Positions 1 to 8,822 of a DNA stretch of 51,735 nucleotides are shown here, in pieces. The position numbers and the translations under genes were made by a program. The stretch spans positions 1-51,735 of the IMG/VR virus record IMGVR_UViG_3300030329_001756; one strand, written 5' to 3'. Every line of letters starts with the position of its first letter. Position 1 is the stretch's first letter. This DNA is from a virus. Lineage: Duplodnaviria > Caudoviricetes. The notes beneath the pieces are model-generated. The model did not search any database. It worked only from the letters and a program-made list of their open reading frames with translations, and was not told where the DNA came from.

Positions 1-12
1 TATTCTTTAACT

Positions 13-189
13 TTATCTCCATATATCTGAAATTATTTCGTGTCCACACATTGAACAAAGATTGTTTTCTACATCTTCAAGAAAAAGAGTGTGATCACAA
101 TTAGTACACTGTCTAAATTTTCTATCTTCAAAGCCGTCGTCGTGTTCAGGATTAAGCCAAGACGGGTGTATGCTGTCGTTAACCGTCAT
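13..189 (-). CDS. small Zn-ribbon protein
   Basis: CTNC...CSMC motif pair; likely start is ATG 189 (MTVNDS), overlapping the upstream stop. Confidence 0.6.
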   Translation of the reverse strand: MTVNDSIHPSWLNPEHDDGFEDRKFRQCTNCDHTLFLEDVENNLCSMCGHEIISDIWR

Positions 190-316
190 TTGATGAATTA
201 AGGTCTTCTGATGATTTATTGCAGTTACAGGTTTCATTGGTACACATATACTTGCAAGTGCATCCTTTGCACTCTTCGCAGTGACAGTAAAGATTTTTAC
301 ACGCTTTAGATGCCAT
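179..316 (-). CDS. Cys-rich metallothionein-like peptide (45 aa; 58 aa if started at ATG 355)
   Basis: Hand translation MASKACKNLYCHCEECKGCTCKYMCTNETCNCNKSSEDLNSSNDG; fills the gap between neighbouring genes; below the ORF-track cutoff. Confidence 0.6.
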   Translation of the reverse strand: MASKACKNLYCHCEECKGCTCKYMCTNETCNCNKSSEDLNSSNDG

Positions 317-355
317 ACGTATAACTATTTCTAATAAACAATCTAGTTCTTTCAT

Positions 356-736
356 TCATATGTTTGGTCTTTGTAAAGCAATCACAAACCCAAATGGATT
401 GTTGTCGCTGAAGATGTAGTTGATTTGTAATATGAAAGTTTCTCTTTTTAAGTAATCTTTGTACGAAAGAAAAACCTTGTCAACTTGAAACTCTGTAGGA
501 CGCATAAAAGATACACACCTACCTTGTTGTAATAAAGCCTGTACAAAAGAAGAAGCATTTTCAAGGCTTATTGAGTCTTGTCTTGCTACTTCAAGAATAG
601 TTTCTTCACTTAAACACACAATGTTGGAGTGAATAATGTCGTCTTTCTTCCACGCTTTAGCGGAACTAGTAACACTGCTGAAAAACACAATAATACAAGA
701 AATAAATAAAAATAAAACTATTCTTGCTTTAAACAT
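356..736 (-). CDS. hypothetical exported protein
   Basis: N-terminal signal-peptide-like segment (MFKARIVLFLFISCIIVFFSSVTSSA). Confidence 0.65.
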   Translation of the reverse strand: MFKARIVLFLFISCIIVFFSSVTSSAKAWKKDDIIHSNIVCLSEETILEVARQDSISLENASSFVQALLQQGRCVSFMRPTEFQVDKVFLSYKDYLKRETFILQINYIFSDNNPFGFVIALQRPNI

Positions 737-741
737 GAGTT

Positions 742-785
<44 letters not shown>

Positions 786-904
786 CCGCTCTTTTAGCTT
801 TTTTTTCTTGGCTTAAAATAGTGTCGATCAATCCTTTCTCTCTTATTTGTGCTTTCATTTGAGGAGATATGATTCCAAGACTACTATTTTTACCTTAATT
901 ATAC

Positions 905-933
905 ATTATAACAACAATTTAGCACTTTGTCAA
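905..933 (-). promoter_or_regulatory. consensus sigma70 promoter, leftward
   Basis: TTGACA-17 nt-TATAAT on the minus strand. Confidence 0.85.
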
Positions 934-1141
934 GTAAAAAATGCACTAAAAAAGTACGATTTCAAGTAAGTCATTGATTATAAAAGAAAACAAAATTAAA
1001 AAAAAATAAAAAAATATGTTCTTCTAGTAGTGGAAAGTAGTGGGTTTTGGTGCTATTTAAAAAAATATGTCCCTAGTAATGGAAGGGGGTGGTATGGTGC
1101 TTTTAAAAAAAATAACATTACGTGCATTTTTTACTTGACAA
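927..1141. repeat. 20-bp perfect inverted repeat (927-946 / 1122-1141) enclosing two degenerate ~52-bp direct repeats
   Basis: ttgtcaagtaaaaaatgcac versus gtgcattttttacttgacaa; inner boxes aaaaatatgt..ctagta.tggaa.g..gtgg..tggtgct. Confidence 0.85.
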
Positions 1142-1163
1142 GATGCTATTTCAGGTGTATAAT
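1135..1163 (+). promoter_or_regulatory. consensus sigma70 promoter, rightward
   Basis: TTGACA-17 nt-TATAAT. Confidence 0.85.
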
Positions 1164-1614
1164 AGGAGGTACTCCTGCGCCGGGGTAGTATATACATATG
1201 ATAAGGGATACTAATTAGTACTGAGTAGAGGCTTAGTAGTAGTTTATAAGCATTTTTACATGTACCTTGTTTAAAAATATAAAAAAATTCTTGGCTTTGT
1301 ATATACTGGTATAGGGGAGGCCAGTGGCCCAATCCCGCCCCTGATTGTTATTTTATGTTAAAAATGACAGAAATTGACTATATCCTCGCCGAACCTATAG
1401 CTATATAGGGAAAACCCTTCGCATCTTTGCAGTACTTCTAGTCATTGCAATCTTCCGCGCCTTCCCGTGTGCTTTTTAGATCGTCCTAATGACAAAAGTT
1501 TTTAAGACTGTAGAGGGGGGGTGGGCGCACAAATCAGATACCCTCCGAATAATACTTTCCGCAACCAATCCAGCGCCTTGCAGATATATTCCTGTGCTTT
1601 GCAGAATTCAGCGC

Positions 1615-1647
1615 AAAAAAGAACCCGCCGAAAACGTTGGCGGGTTA
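1615..1647 (-). terminator. intrinsic terminator ending the early arm
   Basis: AACCCGCC-loop-GGCGGGTT followed by CTTTTTT on the minus strand. Confidence 0.75.
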
Positions 1648-1684
1648 AGTTTGGGAGGGAGAAGTTAAAGAGGCTTCATCGGCC

Positions 1685-1858
1685 TCAGATGTCGTGAACC
1701 GCGAAAGTTGGCTCGAAATAAACGTATTTCCTCCGCGTCACGCTGGACGGGCGAAAAGTCCGCACGGTGTCGTCGTCGGTACGTTCTTCCTCGATCATGT
1801 CGATTGTTACACGCTCGGCAGACTTGTGCTTCGGCTCGGGGATTTTGATCTCAGCCAT
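1685..1858 (-). CDS. early hypothetical protein (57 aa)
   Basis: Hand translation MAEIKIPEPKHKSAERVTID...; SD GAAGGGA; upstream TTGACA-16-TATCCT at about 1897-1924. Confidence 0.65.
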   Translation of the reverse strand: MAEIKIPEPKHKSAERVTIDMIEEERTDDDTVRTFRPSSVTRRKYVYFEPTFAVHDI

Positions 1859-2164
1859 GTTGTGTTCCCTTCAAAGCAAGGTTGCGAATGCGTAGTAGGA
1901 TAGCGCCGTTGCGGCGGTTGTCAAGCACGCATAGACGATAACGTCGATCAGCATCCGATAAAGCCCCAAAGCGTGACCAGCACGACAGCGCAGCACACAG
2001 CACCAAAAACCACGTCGTGGATTGTGTCTCGCGTCATCATAGCTACATCAACAGCCCGGACCAGATGAAGACCAGCATGTCGGCCAGCGCAATCCATATG
2101 ACCGCGTAAGCCAACAATGCCGCACCGAGTGTTATCTTTGCTATCATTTGTCTTCCCCTTTCTC

Positions 2165-2548
2165 TCAAAAGAATTTTGTGGCGCTGTAGTATTTAGCAGC
2201 GCGGTCGTTAAGCTCTTCCAAAAGCCGCTCTTTCGCAGCGCGCTCTTCCTTGCTCCGTTCCTCTTTTTCAAACGTGTAGAAAAGATGATCAAACGCGGTT
2301 ACCCGCACCAGCATATTCGCCAGCACGCGACCGGGAGATTGAATGCCGGCTGGGCTGCTTACTCGCTCGTTGTGAATCGCTTTAATGAGCGTATCCCAAG
2401 CATCGTCGGAAAGCTTCGGCTTGATTACCTCGTACAAAAAAGCGGCGACTAATTCTGTTTTGGTCTGAAAGTATCCGCGCTCATCGTCGGCGTCGATCTC
2501 TGGCGACCATCCCCATTTCCAGTTCGCGTTGTCGTTATCTTTGGTCAT
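2165..2548 (-). CDS. early hypothetical protein
   Basis: 127-aa ORF with SD AAGGA and an upstream TGTGTATAAT. Confidence 0.7.
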   Translation of the reverse strand: MTKDNDNANWKWGWSPEIDADDERGYFQTKTELVAAFLYEVIKPKLSDDAWDTLIKAIHNERVSSPAGIQSPGRVLANMLVRVTAFDHLFYTFEKEERSKEERAAKERLLEELNDRAAKYYSATKFF

Positions 2549-2581
2549 ATCTTTGGTATCCTTTCAATGTTGCGATGCCGG

Positions 2582-2630
2582 ATTATACACACAAAAAAGG
2601 AGGCCGCGCAAATGGTATGACGCGGCCCCC
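2582..2630 (-). terminator. stem-loop terminator overlapping a promoter
   Basis: GGCCGCG-loop-CGCGGCC plus T-run, then TGTGTATAAT. Confidence 0.6.
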
Positions 2631-2739
2631 CGATTTTTGCTTTCACTTTTCTTTTAGAATAGCTGCGCGATCAGCATCAAAACACCAAACACGACAATCA
2701 CAACGGCTATTCTATAAAGCACCAGAACTAACTCGACCA

Positions 2740-3885
2740 CTAAGCCGCTACCAATTCTCGCGCAGCATGGAGCGCGGCAGCCTTGTAATCACGTTGACCG
2801 GCGGGAGGACCGTAGAAAGCACGCTGAAGCTTGTGGTCGCTCGAACGATAACTCCGAGCAGGGTTGTGGTCTACGAAGTTCGTCACAGTCTGCAAAGCAC
2901 CCCAGACCGACAAGCGGCCATCGTCAGATCGCGCGCTGTCGAGATCGTGACCGGGGTTGATATTCGCCGACGTGACGGCGCTGGTCGTGTCGTTGTCGCC
3001 AGTGATAGCGGCAAGGTCGTCCGCAGTCATAAGCTTGCCGGTTTGCGCCGCTTCAGCCATCAAGCTTTCGATGGCTTCGAGCTTGGCTTTATTGCTTTTA
3101 CCCTTAGACTTGGTTTCGATATCTTTTCCGACCGAAATCGCGAGTGCTTTTTGTACGTTGCGACTTTCGATGACCTTGCCATCTTTTTCACGAACTTTCG
3201 CACCGAACACGCCACGGAAATAATCAAGCGTTTCTTCGCCGGTCAGATACCGCCGCGCCATCTTCTTCGCTTCCTCTTCGTATTCGTCGAACGCCGCGTT
3301 GAAGTAGTTAAGGGCTTCATCCATCATAGAGGGATCGAACACAACCTTGTGATTGTGGCGCACTTCGTCGGTTTGTTGTCTGATAGCCAACTGCATCGTG
3401 TTGTTACACACGACACGAACAGGAGACAGGATCATGCTGTTTGCTGCCAAACCAGTGTGGTCAAGCGTGAAGATAACGTTGTTTTTAACTTCGTCATTAC
3501 CGTCAAGCGTGAACCCTTTCATAGGCGACGCCATCACCCAAACCTTACGACCGTTGAACAGGCTTCCGGCAGTGTGAATATACAATCTGCCGTCTTCAAC
3601 ATAAGGCCGGAAGAAGTCAAATAGCTGGGAGTTCTGAACAGGCAGATATTTTTCAGTGACGCACTTCCCTAGAACTGCGCCATCGCTTTGCCGCTCAATA
3701 AAAAAGCTACCCTCGATTATGTCGCCGTTAGGCTTGCAGTTGCACTCTAAAAGTACATCCCAATCAAGCCCAGCAGCAACCTGAAAGCCGTGAAGATCGC
3801 CAGCGTCGGCCATGTCAATAGTCTGACCTAGCCCGTGCCACGGCGTCTCGCCGACAAATGCCATCGTTTCAATTTCGTGAGACAT
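2740..3885 (-). CDS. DUF932 family phage/plasmid protein
   Basis: MSHEIETMAFVGETPWHGLG, TAGSLFNGRKVW and SPVRVVCNNT motifs. Confidence 0.85.
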   Translation of the reverse strand: MSHEIETMAFVGETPWHGLGQTIDMADAGDLHGFQVAAGLDWDVLLECNCKPNGDIIEGSFFIERQSDGAVLGKCVTEKYLPVQNSQLFDFFRPYVEDGRLYIHTAGSLFNGRKVWVMASPMKGFTLDGNDEVKNNVIFTLDHTGLAANSMILSPVRVVCNNTMQLAIRQQTDEVRHNHKVVFDPSMMDEALNYFNAAFDEYEEEAKKMARRYLTGEETLDYFRGVFGAKVREKDGKVIESRNVQKALAISVGKDIETKSKGKSNKAKLEAIESLMAEAAQTGKLMTADDLAAITGDNDTTSAVTSANINPGHDLDSARSDDGRLSVWGALQTVTNFVDHNPARSYRSSDHKLQRAFYGPPAGQRDYKAAALHAARELVAA

Positions 3886-4151
3886 TCTTCGTTTCCTTCT
3901 CTTAAAAGTGAAAAATCGTCACGCCAATCGCGACAAGTAGGAGTATAAACCAAATCAAGACAAGGACAAGAAAAAAAAGGGACAAAACGCCGACCGCTGC
4001 GCTGGTGAAAAAACATTTAAACAACAAGAATAAAAAAGAACGTAAAACAAAAACACAAAACAAGAATCGACGGAAAAGGCGGCTCGGAGGCGGCTGGCGA
4101 GGCCGCCCCGAACCCGGCGTAGTGGTCGCGGTGTCTATTTCCATAATACAG

Positions 4152-4246
4152 TTATGGCTGACAAAATTATTGCTGACAAAATTATGGCTGACAAAATTAT
4201 TGCTGACAAAATTATGGCTGACAAAATTATTGCTGACAAAATTATG
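4152..4246. repeat. six tandem 15-bp repeats TTAT(G/T)GCTGACAAAA in strict alternation
   Basis: Directly visible. Confidence 0.95.
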
Positions 4247-4628
4247 TTAGTGGTTTTGTGTCTGCCAAAACAGGTATTTTACCAAACTGTCTTTTCAATA
4301 CAAAGTGTGTGCTGTATCTAAACACAACATGGTGACAAGATAGAGTGACAACACGATATATATTGACATTTCTATAACACTTGTTTTTCATATCAAAAAT
4401 ACACAGTGTTTCAGTATTTACCTTGTTTTGTGGTTTACCTTGTTTTGTGTATTTATGACAATTTAATCTCCCGTTTATAGTTCTCAAATCCCCGTTCTTT
4501 TTTATAAACTGGACCGTGAAAATATTGTTACCTAGTAAATCGATCCAATTTTGAATGTAATTATTAAAGTATCCTAGCTTGCTCAATTCATCATATCCTG
4601 TAAAAAACTCTGCGGATTTATTCAGCAT
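4242..4628 (-). CDS. SH3/Sm-like beta-barrel phage protein (WYL_2/DUF2693-like)
   Basis: IFTVQFIKKNGDLRTINGRL...IFDMKNKCYRNVN. Confidence 0.6.
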   Translation of the reverse strand: MLNKSAEFFTGYDELSKLGYFNNYIQNWIDLLGNNIFTVQFIKKNGDLRTINGRLNCHKYTKQGKPQNKVNTETLCIFDMKNKCYRNVNIYRVVTLSCHHVVFRYSTHFVLKRQFGKIPVLADTKPLT

Positions 4629-4633
4629 TTCAC

Positions 4634-5272
4634 TTACTTCCTTCTTTCTATGATTACGTTGGTATCGTTGATCTCATAACAAGCCAGACAATCCTTGCAC
4701 TTCTGACCAGTGCAGTTTTCACCATCGGTAGGATTATTGACATTGTTAAACACTTTGTCAAAGCCTTTTGGCGGCTTTCTCATAACCTTATCGATGACAG
4801 GGTTTGAGTATATCAAGATAAGATTATAGGGGCGTTCCTGTTTCTTGAATACTGCACGAACAATATTCTTGCGTTTCGTCCACAATGCAAAATTACAGTG
4901 ACTGTTATATTCTGCAATCAAGACAAGATTTCGCAAGTGTGTTTCGTTAATCAATTCGCCGTGTCCGTGAAAGCGGAATTGATTTTCCAAGATACAAGGT
5001 AATTGATATTCTTTCAATAAGCCTTTGCTTAGAATATCACTGTTTTGTTGCCACGAATCGACACAAGATTTACGGTATGTATTCAACATCCTGTGACTGT
5101 AGCAGAATGTACAAATAACATCTTTTTTTCCGCAATTGTACATTTCAACACAAAACTCATTTGAAAGCGTGTTTGTGTTTAACGCTTTGAACCCTTCGAG
5201 CTTGCCTGACATCTTAGATATTTTCAACGTGTCAGATAACGGCTTGATAACTTGCGGTATAGCACCCATCAA
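4634..5272 (-). CDS. Gp88-like Cys-rich protein (possible Fe-S binding)
   Basis: C..CTFCY, FRFHGHGE and FALWTKR motifs; C-terminal CxxxxCxxCxxC. Confidence 0.55.
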   Translation of the reverse strand: MMGAIPQVIKPLSDTLKISKMSGKLEGFKALNTNTLSNEFCVEMYNCGKKDVICTFCYSHRMLNTYRKSCVDSWQQNSDILSKGLLKEYQLPCILENQFRFHGHGELINETHLRNLVLIAEYNSHCNFALWTKRKNIVRAVFKKQERPYNLILIYSNPVIDKVMRKPPKGFDKVFNNVNNPTDGENCTGQKCKDCLACYEINDTNVIIERRK

Positions 5273-5676
5273 CTGTTTTCCTTGTTTCTATTGCTACGAT
5301 TATACACGTTGCAATACTCAGCATATTGCCTATCGCATTCTCTTTTACTATAAAACCATTTCGGAAGTATCGTGTAGCTACTTTCTACTTTTTTCTCCCA
5401 TAGATAACGTGAAAGCGGTTTATTGAAGTTATCTTTTTCTTCCTTTTCCAATATATAACGTTGGTAATCAAGCTTTTCCAATATATCACGTTGGTATTCA
5501 AGTTCACCGATTACGTCATCTATGAAGTCTAAATAGTAAAGGGAAATGGAAGTATAAACTTCCGATTCGTTTATGTCTTTACGCCATTGTAAAAACTTCT
5601 TCACTGTTTCCGTATCAGGTAACGCTTCGCCTGATACGTCATCATAAACAAACGTAATTTTGTCCAAATCACACAT
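5269..5676 (-). CDS. hypothetical protein
   Basis: 135-aa ORF coupled to both neighbours. Confidence 0.65.
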   Translation of the reverse strand: MCDLDKITFVYDDVSGEALPDTETVKKFLQWRKDINESEVYTSISLYYLDFIDDVIGELEYQRDILEKLDYQRYILEKEEKDNFNKPLSRYLWEKKVESSYTILPKWFYSKRECDRQYAEYCNVYNRSNRNKENS

Positions 5677-5876
5677 TATTTCGCCTCAATATCGCAAAGG
5701 CTAATATTCCAATCGAAAACGCCCGTCAAAATCCAAACTTTCTGAACATACGAATTGCTATTGCTGCAATCCTCAACGTGGCTATAATCCCCGAAAATAT
5801 CCGCACGATGAAGCTCCCATTTGTTCCATTTACCATCGGCGCGGCGCGTGTACTCAATTTTCGATGCAGTGTTCAT
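5676..5876 (-). CDS. hypothetical protein
   Basis: 66-aa ORF, stop overlaps the next start. Confidence 0.6.
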   Translation of the reverse strand: MNTASKIEYTRRADGKWNKWELHRADIFGDYSHVEDCSNSNSYVQKVWILTGVFDWNISLCDIEAK

Positions 5877-5914
5877 TTTACAAGCCTTTTCTATAGGTTA
5901 GAGCATTAACAGGC

Positions 5915-5970
5915 TATCTAATAAACGAAAGGCCCAGCGCAGTCAAGAGAAAATTGCGCCGAGCCTTCAT
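5915..5970 (-). terminator. stem-loop containing a -35 box (terminator/promoter overlap)
   Basis: GAAGGCTCGGCGCA...TGCGCTGGGCCTTTC with TTGACT in the loop and 3' arm. Confidence 0.55.
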
Positions 5971-5992
5971 TTATTTTATCTTAGATATAAGT

Positions 5993-6226
5993 TCAATCTG
6001 ATATAGATATTTTATCTAAACTATCAAGATAATCCTTAGTAACAGTTTGTAAGTCCATTACGTAGTTCTTTAATGGCACGATATAAGGATAGTCCGGCAT
6101 TTCTTCTTCAAATACTGATAACAAGGTTCCTATATCCGTCATTCTTTGTTTAACAACAATAGTACTATCTTGAGTCAATGTCACTGTAATCTGCGATAAC
6201 AATGCTTCTATGTTATCCGTTGACAT
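5993..6226 (-). CDS. hypothetical protein
   Basis: 77-aa ORF downstream of nrdJ. Confidence 0.55.
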   Translation of the reverse strand: MSTDNIEALLSQITVTLTQDSTIVVKQRMTDIGTLLSVFEEEMPDYPYIVPLKNYVMDLQTVTKDYLDSLDKISISD

Positions 6227-6317
6227 ACTATAAGGTTGACAAAAATACTATGGTTGACAAAATTATTGGTACTGACAAAAAACAAGCAGTAGTAATAAGT
6301 ATTGTTGAAATCATTTT

Positions 6318-8228
6318 CTACGCTCCTATGTCTACAATTTCACAAACTCCACCAGTACACGCCAACTCTTGTGTTCCTGTTGTAGTGTCGCCTTTTTCAT
6401 ATTGTTGTAATTCATTCCAATCAATTGACAAAGGCATTTTGGTTGACAAATCAATATACATATCTTTGTCAATATCTTGATATGGTGCTTGTTTGTATGT
6501 GTGTTCAGAGAATGGAAGAAAAGATATTCCTGACAACGCACCAAAATTATTCCAACACCAAGAACCAACTTCAAGCCATTCATGTTCCTTGACAGAAATA
6601 GTGACAGAAGGTTTGTGTTCACAATAGTTGTTTGCAATCTTCAACCACAATTCCAATTGTTCTAGTGCTGACATATCATTTCTACAAATTGCATTGTCTG
6701 GACTTTTCATAGGAAATGAAAATACTGTGACACTATCCGGTGACGTGAAGTCAGGTTCGTTTGGAATATTCATATCACGCATAAACTCAGTTAACGGGTC
6801 TTTGTTGTCTCCTCTTACAGTACGAATAAAGTAGTCGTTGTGTCTTGCGTGAATACCAGAAGCAGCATCAACCAACTGTGACACGGTTCCTGATGGTTTG
6901 ACACAAGTGACAGCAGTACTTTGATTAATACCTATTTCGGCTGACAAATTTTTATTGACAAAGACTGCTCTTTCTTTAAGCCATTGCAATTGTTCTTCTG
7001 ACGCATTGTAGACAGCAGGACAATCCATGATTCCTGTAAGTGACACACCAAGTAATCTTTCTTCTTCAGTAGTATCTTTCCAACGCTTGCGAAGATAATT
7101 GAAGTTAGTTAACGTAGCTTGAAATGTTCCTAAAATCGTAGCAATTCTAACTTTATCTAAAATTGTTTCTATCGTGTCGTTGTATCGACAAACAACTTCT
7201 GACAAGTTACAGAACTGATAAGGTCTAAGAATAATTTCACAACAAGGATTAGTTCCAAAATCTATTTCTCCGTTTCTTCTGTTATTAGAAGAAGCTTTTT
7301 CTTTTGCAGAAATCCTGTTGAAGATACCTCGTTCACCGCTTTTGCTTTCATACAGTGACAACCATTCTTTCATAAAGATACCGATATCAGGTTTCTCTGT
7401 GTAACAAACGGAGTTGTTAGCTAAAGCTCTTTGAGGATTATCTACCCACCATTCTCCACTCTTAGCCATACGCATTCGCTCGTCAGTAAGATTTGACAAA
7501 GATATAAGTGCAGACCTACGTACTCCACCTACAACAACAACCTGTCCAATCTTACACATGATATCGTGACATTCGATTGACGTTAACTTTCTACCTTTAG
7601 CTTTCTTAAATATGTTGATTGTAAAATCAAACAAGTCAATAAGAGGCTCAGGTCCAGAAGCTCGTCCACCAAAAGTTTTAAGTCTTGCACCAGCCGGTCT
7701 AATTTTTGACGTATCTATTTTAGGAATACGATTGGTGTACAAAAAAGAAATAAGATCACGTAACGCTCTTGCCCATCCTTCTTTAGAATCTGCAACAGAT
7801 ATAAGATCATCAGAACTTTCAAAATCAATATCAGGAATAGTAGGAAGTTTGTTGACATATTGTCGTTCAACTGAAAAACCTACGCCAGTTCCATTCATAA
7901 GAATATACAAACACTCATCAAAAGATCGTGGTGAATCAATAGGAAGATAAGAACAGTTATAACCAGCAATGTTCTCTCTTTTAAGAGCAGGACCGGCAGT
8001 CATCAATGCTCTCATTGACCCAAGAACTTCAAGTTTTAACATAGAAGTTTCTATCTCAGAATACATATCATCTGGAATAGTATAGTTGTAATTGTCTTTA
8101 AGGTGGTCTGACATAAATGACAGATACCTATCAATAGTTTCTTTCCAATTTTCTCTTCTTTCTTCTTTATCTATCCAACGTGAATACCTAGATAGGTGTA
8201 TAAAGTTTTGATAATCTGTTGGTAACAT
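6318..8228 (-). CDS. nrdJ: class II adenosylcobalamin-dependent ribonucleotide reductase (monomeric RTPR-type)
   Basis: GYNCS, GTNPCCEI, CNLSE and CVKPSGTVSQL motifs; C-terminal CTGGVC; no beta subunit seen. Confidence 0.9.
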   Translation of the reverse strand: MLPTDYQNFIHLSRYSRWIDKEERRENWKETIDRYLSFMSDHLKDNYNYTIPDDMYSEIETSMLKLEVLGSMRALMTAGPALKRENIAGYNCSYLPIDSPRSFDECLYILMNGTGVGFSVERQYVNKLPTIPDIDFESSDDLISVADSKEGWARALRDLISFLYTNRIPKIDTSKIRPAGARLKTFGGRASGPEPLIDLFDFTINIFKKAKGRKLTSIECHDIMCKIGQVVVVGGVRRSALISLSNLTDERMRMAKSGEWWVDNPQRALANNSVCYTEKPDIGIFMKEWLSLYESKSGERGIFNRISAKEKASSNNRRNGEIDFGTNPCCEIILRPYQFCNLSEVVCRYNDTIETILDKVRIATILGTFQATLTNFNYLRKRWKDTTEEERLLGVSLTGIMDCPAVYNASEEQLQWLKERAVFVNKNLSAEIGINQSTAVTCVKPSGTVSQLVDAASGIHARHNDYFIRTVRGDNKDPLTEFMRDMNIPNEPDFTSPDSVTVFSFPMKSPDNAICRNDMSALEQLELWLKIANNYCEHKPSVTISVKEHEWLEVGSWCWNNFGALSGISFLPFSEHTYKQAPYQDIDKDMYIDLSTKMPLSIDWNELQQYEKGDTTTGTQELACTGGVCEIVDIGA

Positions 8229-8230
8229 GT

Positions 8231-8449
8231 TTACTCTACTCCCTCTATAAGTTTGTTAAGATACCAAGAAGATTTTAACAAGTCTTCTTTTGGTTTTCCC
8301 TTATGTTTATATCTTATAAGATACTTCAAAATATTACCTTTTAGGTAACCTTTAAACTCTTCGTCAGTCATAGAAGCTTGAAGGATATCAATAGCTTCTA
8401 AACCTTGCATGTTGTAATGTTTAGGATGATTAATGATATCCGCTGCCAT
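8231..8449 (-). CDS. DUF3310 / T7 gp1.7-like nucleotide kinase
   Basis: INHPKHY...GNILKYLIRYKHKG..EDLLK..WYL. Confidence 0.85.
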   Translation of the reverse strand: MAADIINHPKHYNMQGLEAIDILQASMTDEEFKGYLKGNILKYLIRYKHKGKPKEDLLKSSWYLNKLIEGVE

Positions 8450-8822
8450 CGGGCGGTCCTTTCGCTTTATCTAACAAATTAGGTAGAAGGTCTACAACAT
8501 TATCGCCCATTTGATTAAGGATAGATTGCGAACCTTTCGTATAAACTTCCATCAAAGATTCTTGAAGTATGCAAAAGAGTCCTTGAGAAATTACAAAAGA
8601 CATAGATTCTCTTGGGTCAGAATTGTCAGTTGTGTCAACAACTTTTACACTGAAATAACCGTCATCATCATCGTCTTCTTCTTCTTCCATTTCTGTAAAA
8701 ACTCCGTTATCATTTAACGGATTTTTTTTATTATCTTCAAGAATAATGTATATCCTATTAGGTTTTAAATCTTTCTCCTCTTCTTCAATCATTTCTTTTA
8801 TTTCTTTTTCTTCTTTATCCAT
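8430..8822 (-). CDS. acidic hypothetical protein
   Basis: 130-aa ORF with an EEEEDDDDD tract. Confidence 0.65.
   Translation of the reverse strand: MDKEEKEIKEMIEEEEKDLKPNRIYIILEDNKKNPLNDNGVFTEMEEEEDDDDDGYFSVKVVDTTDNSDPRESMSFVISQGLFCILQESLMEVYTKGSQSILNQMGDNVVDLLPNLLDKAKGPPDGSGYH

Noticed and set aside
2575-3624. 349-aa plus-strand ORF
   Set aside because: Antisense shadow of the GC-rich DUF932 gene; no motifs
3902-4144. 80-aa hydrophobic ORF upstream of DUF932
   Set aside because: T-rich low complexity overlapping a likely promoter (TATACT at about 3943-3948); coding status unsupported
4152-4246. Possible CRISPR mini-array, or the LWLTK-repeat ORF 4005-4250
   Set aside because: No unique spacers; the ORF is a low-complexity by-product of the repeat
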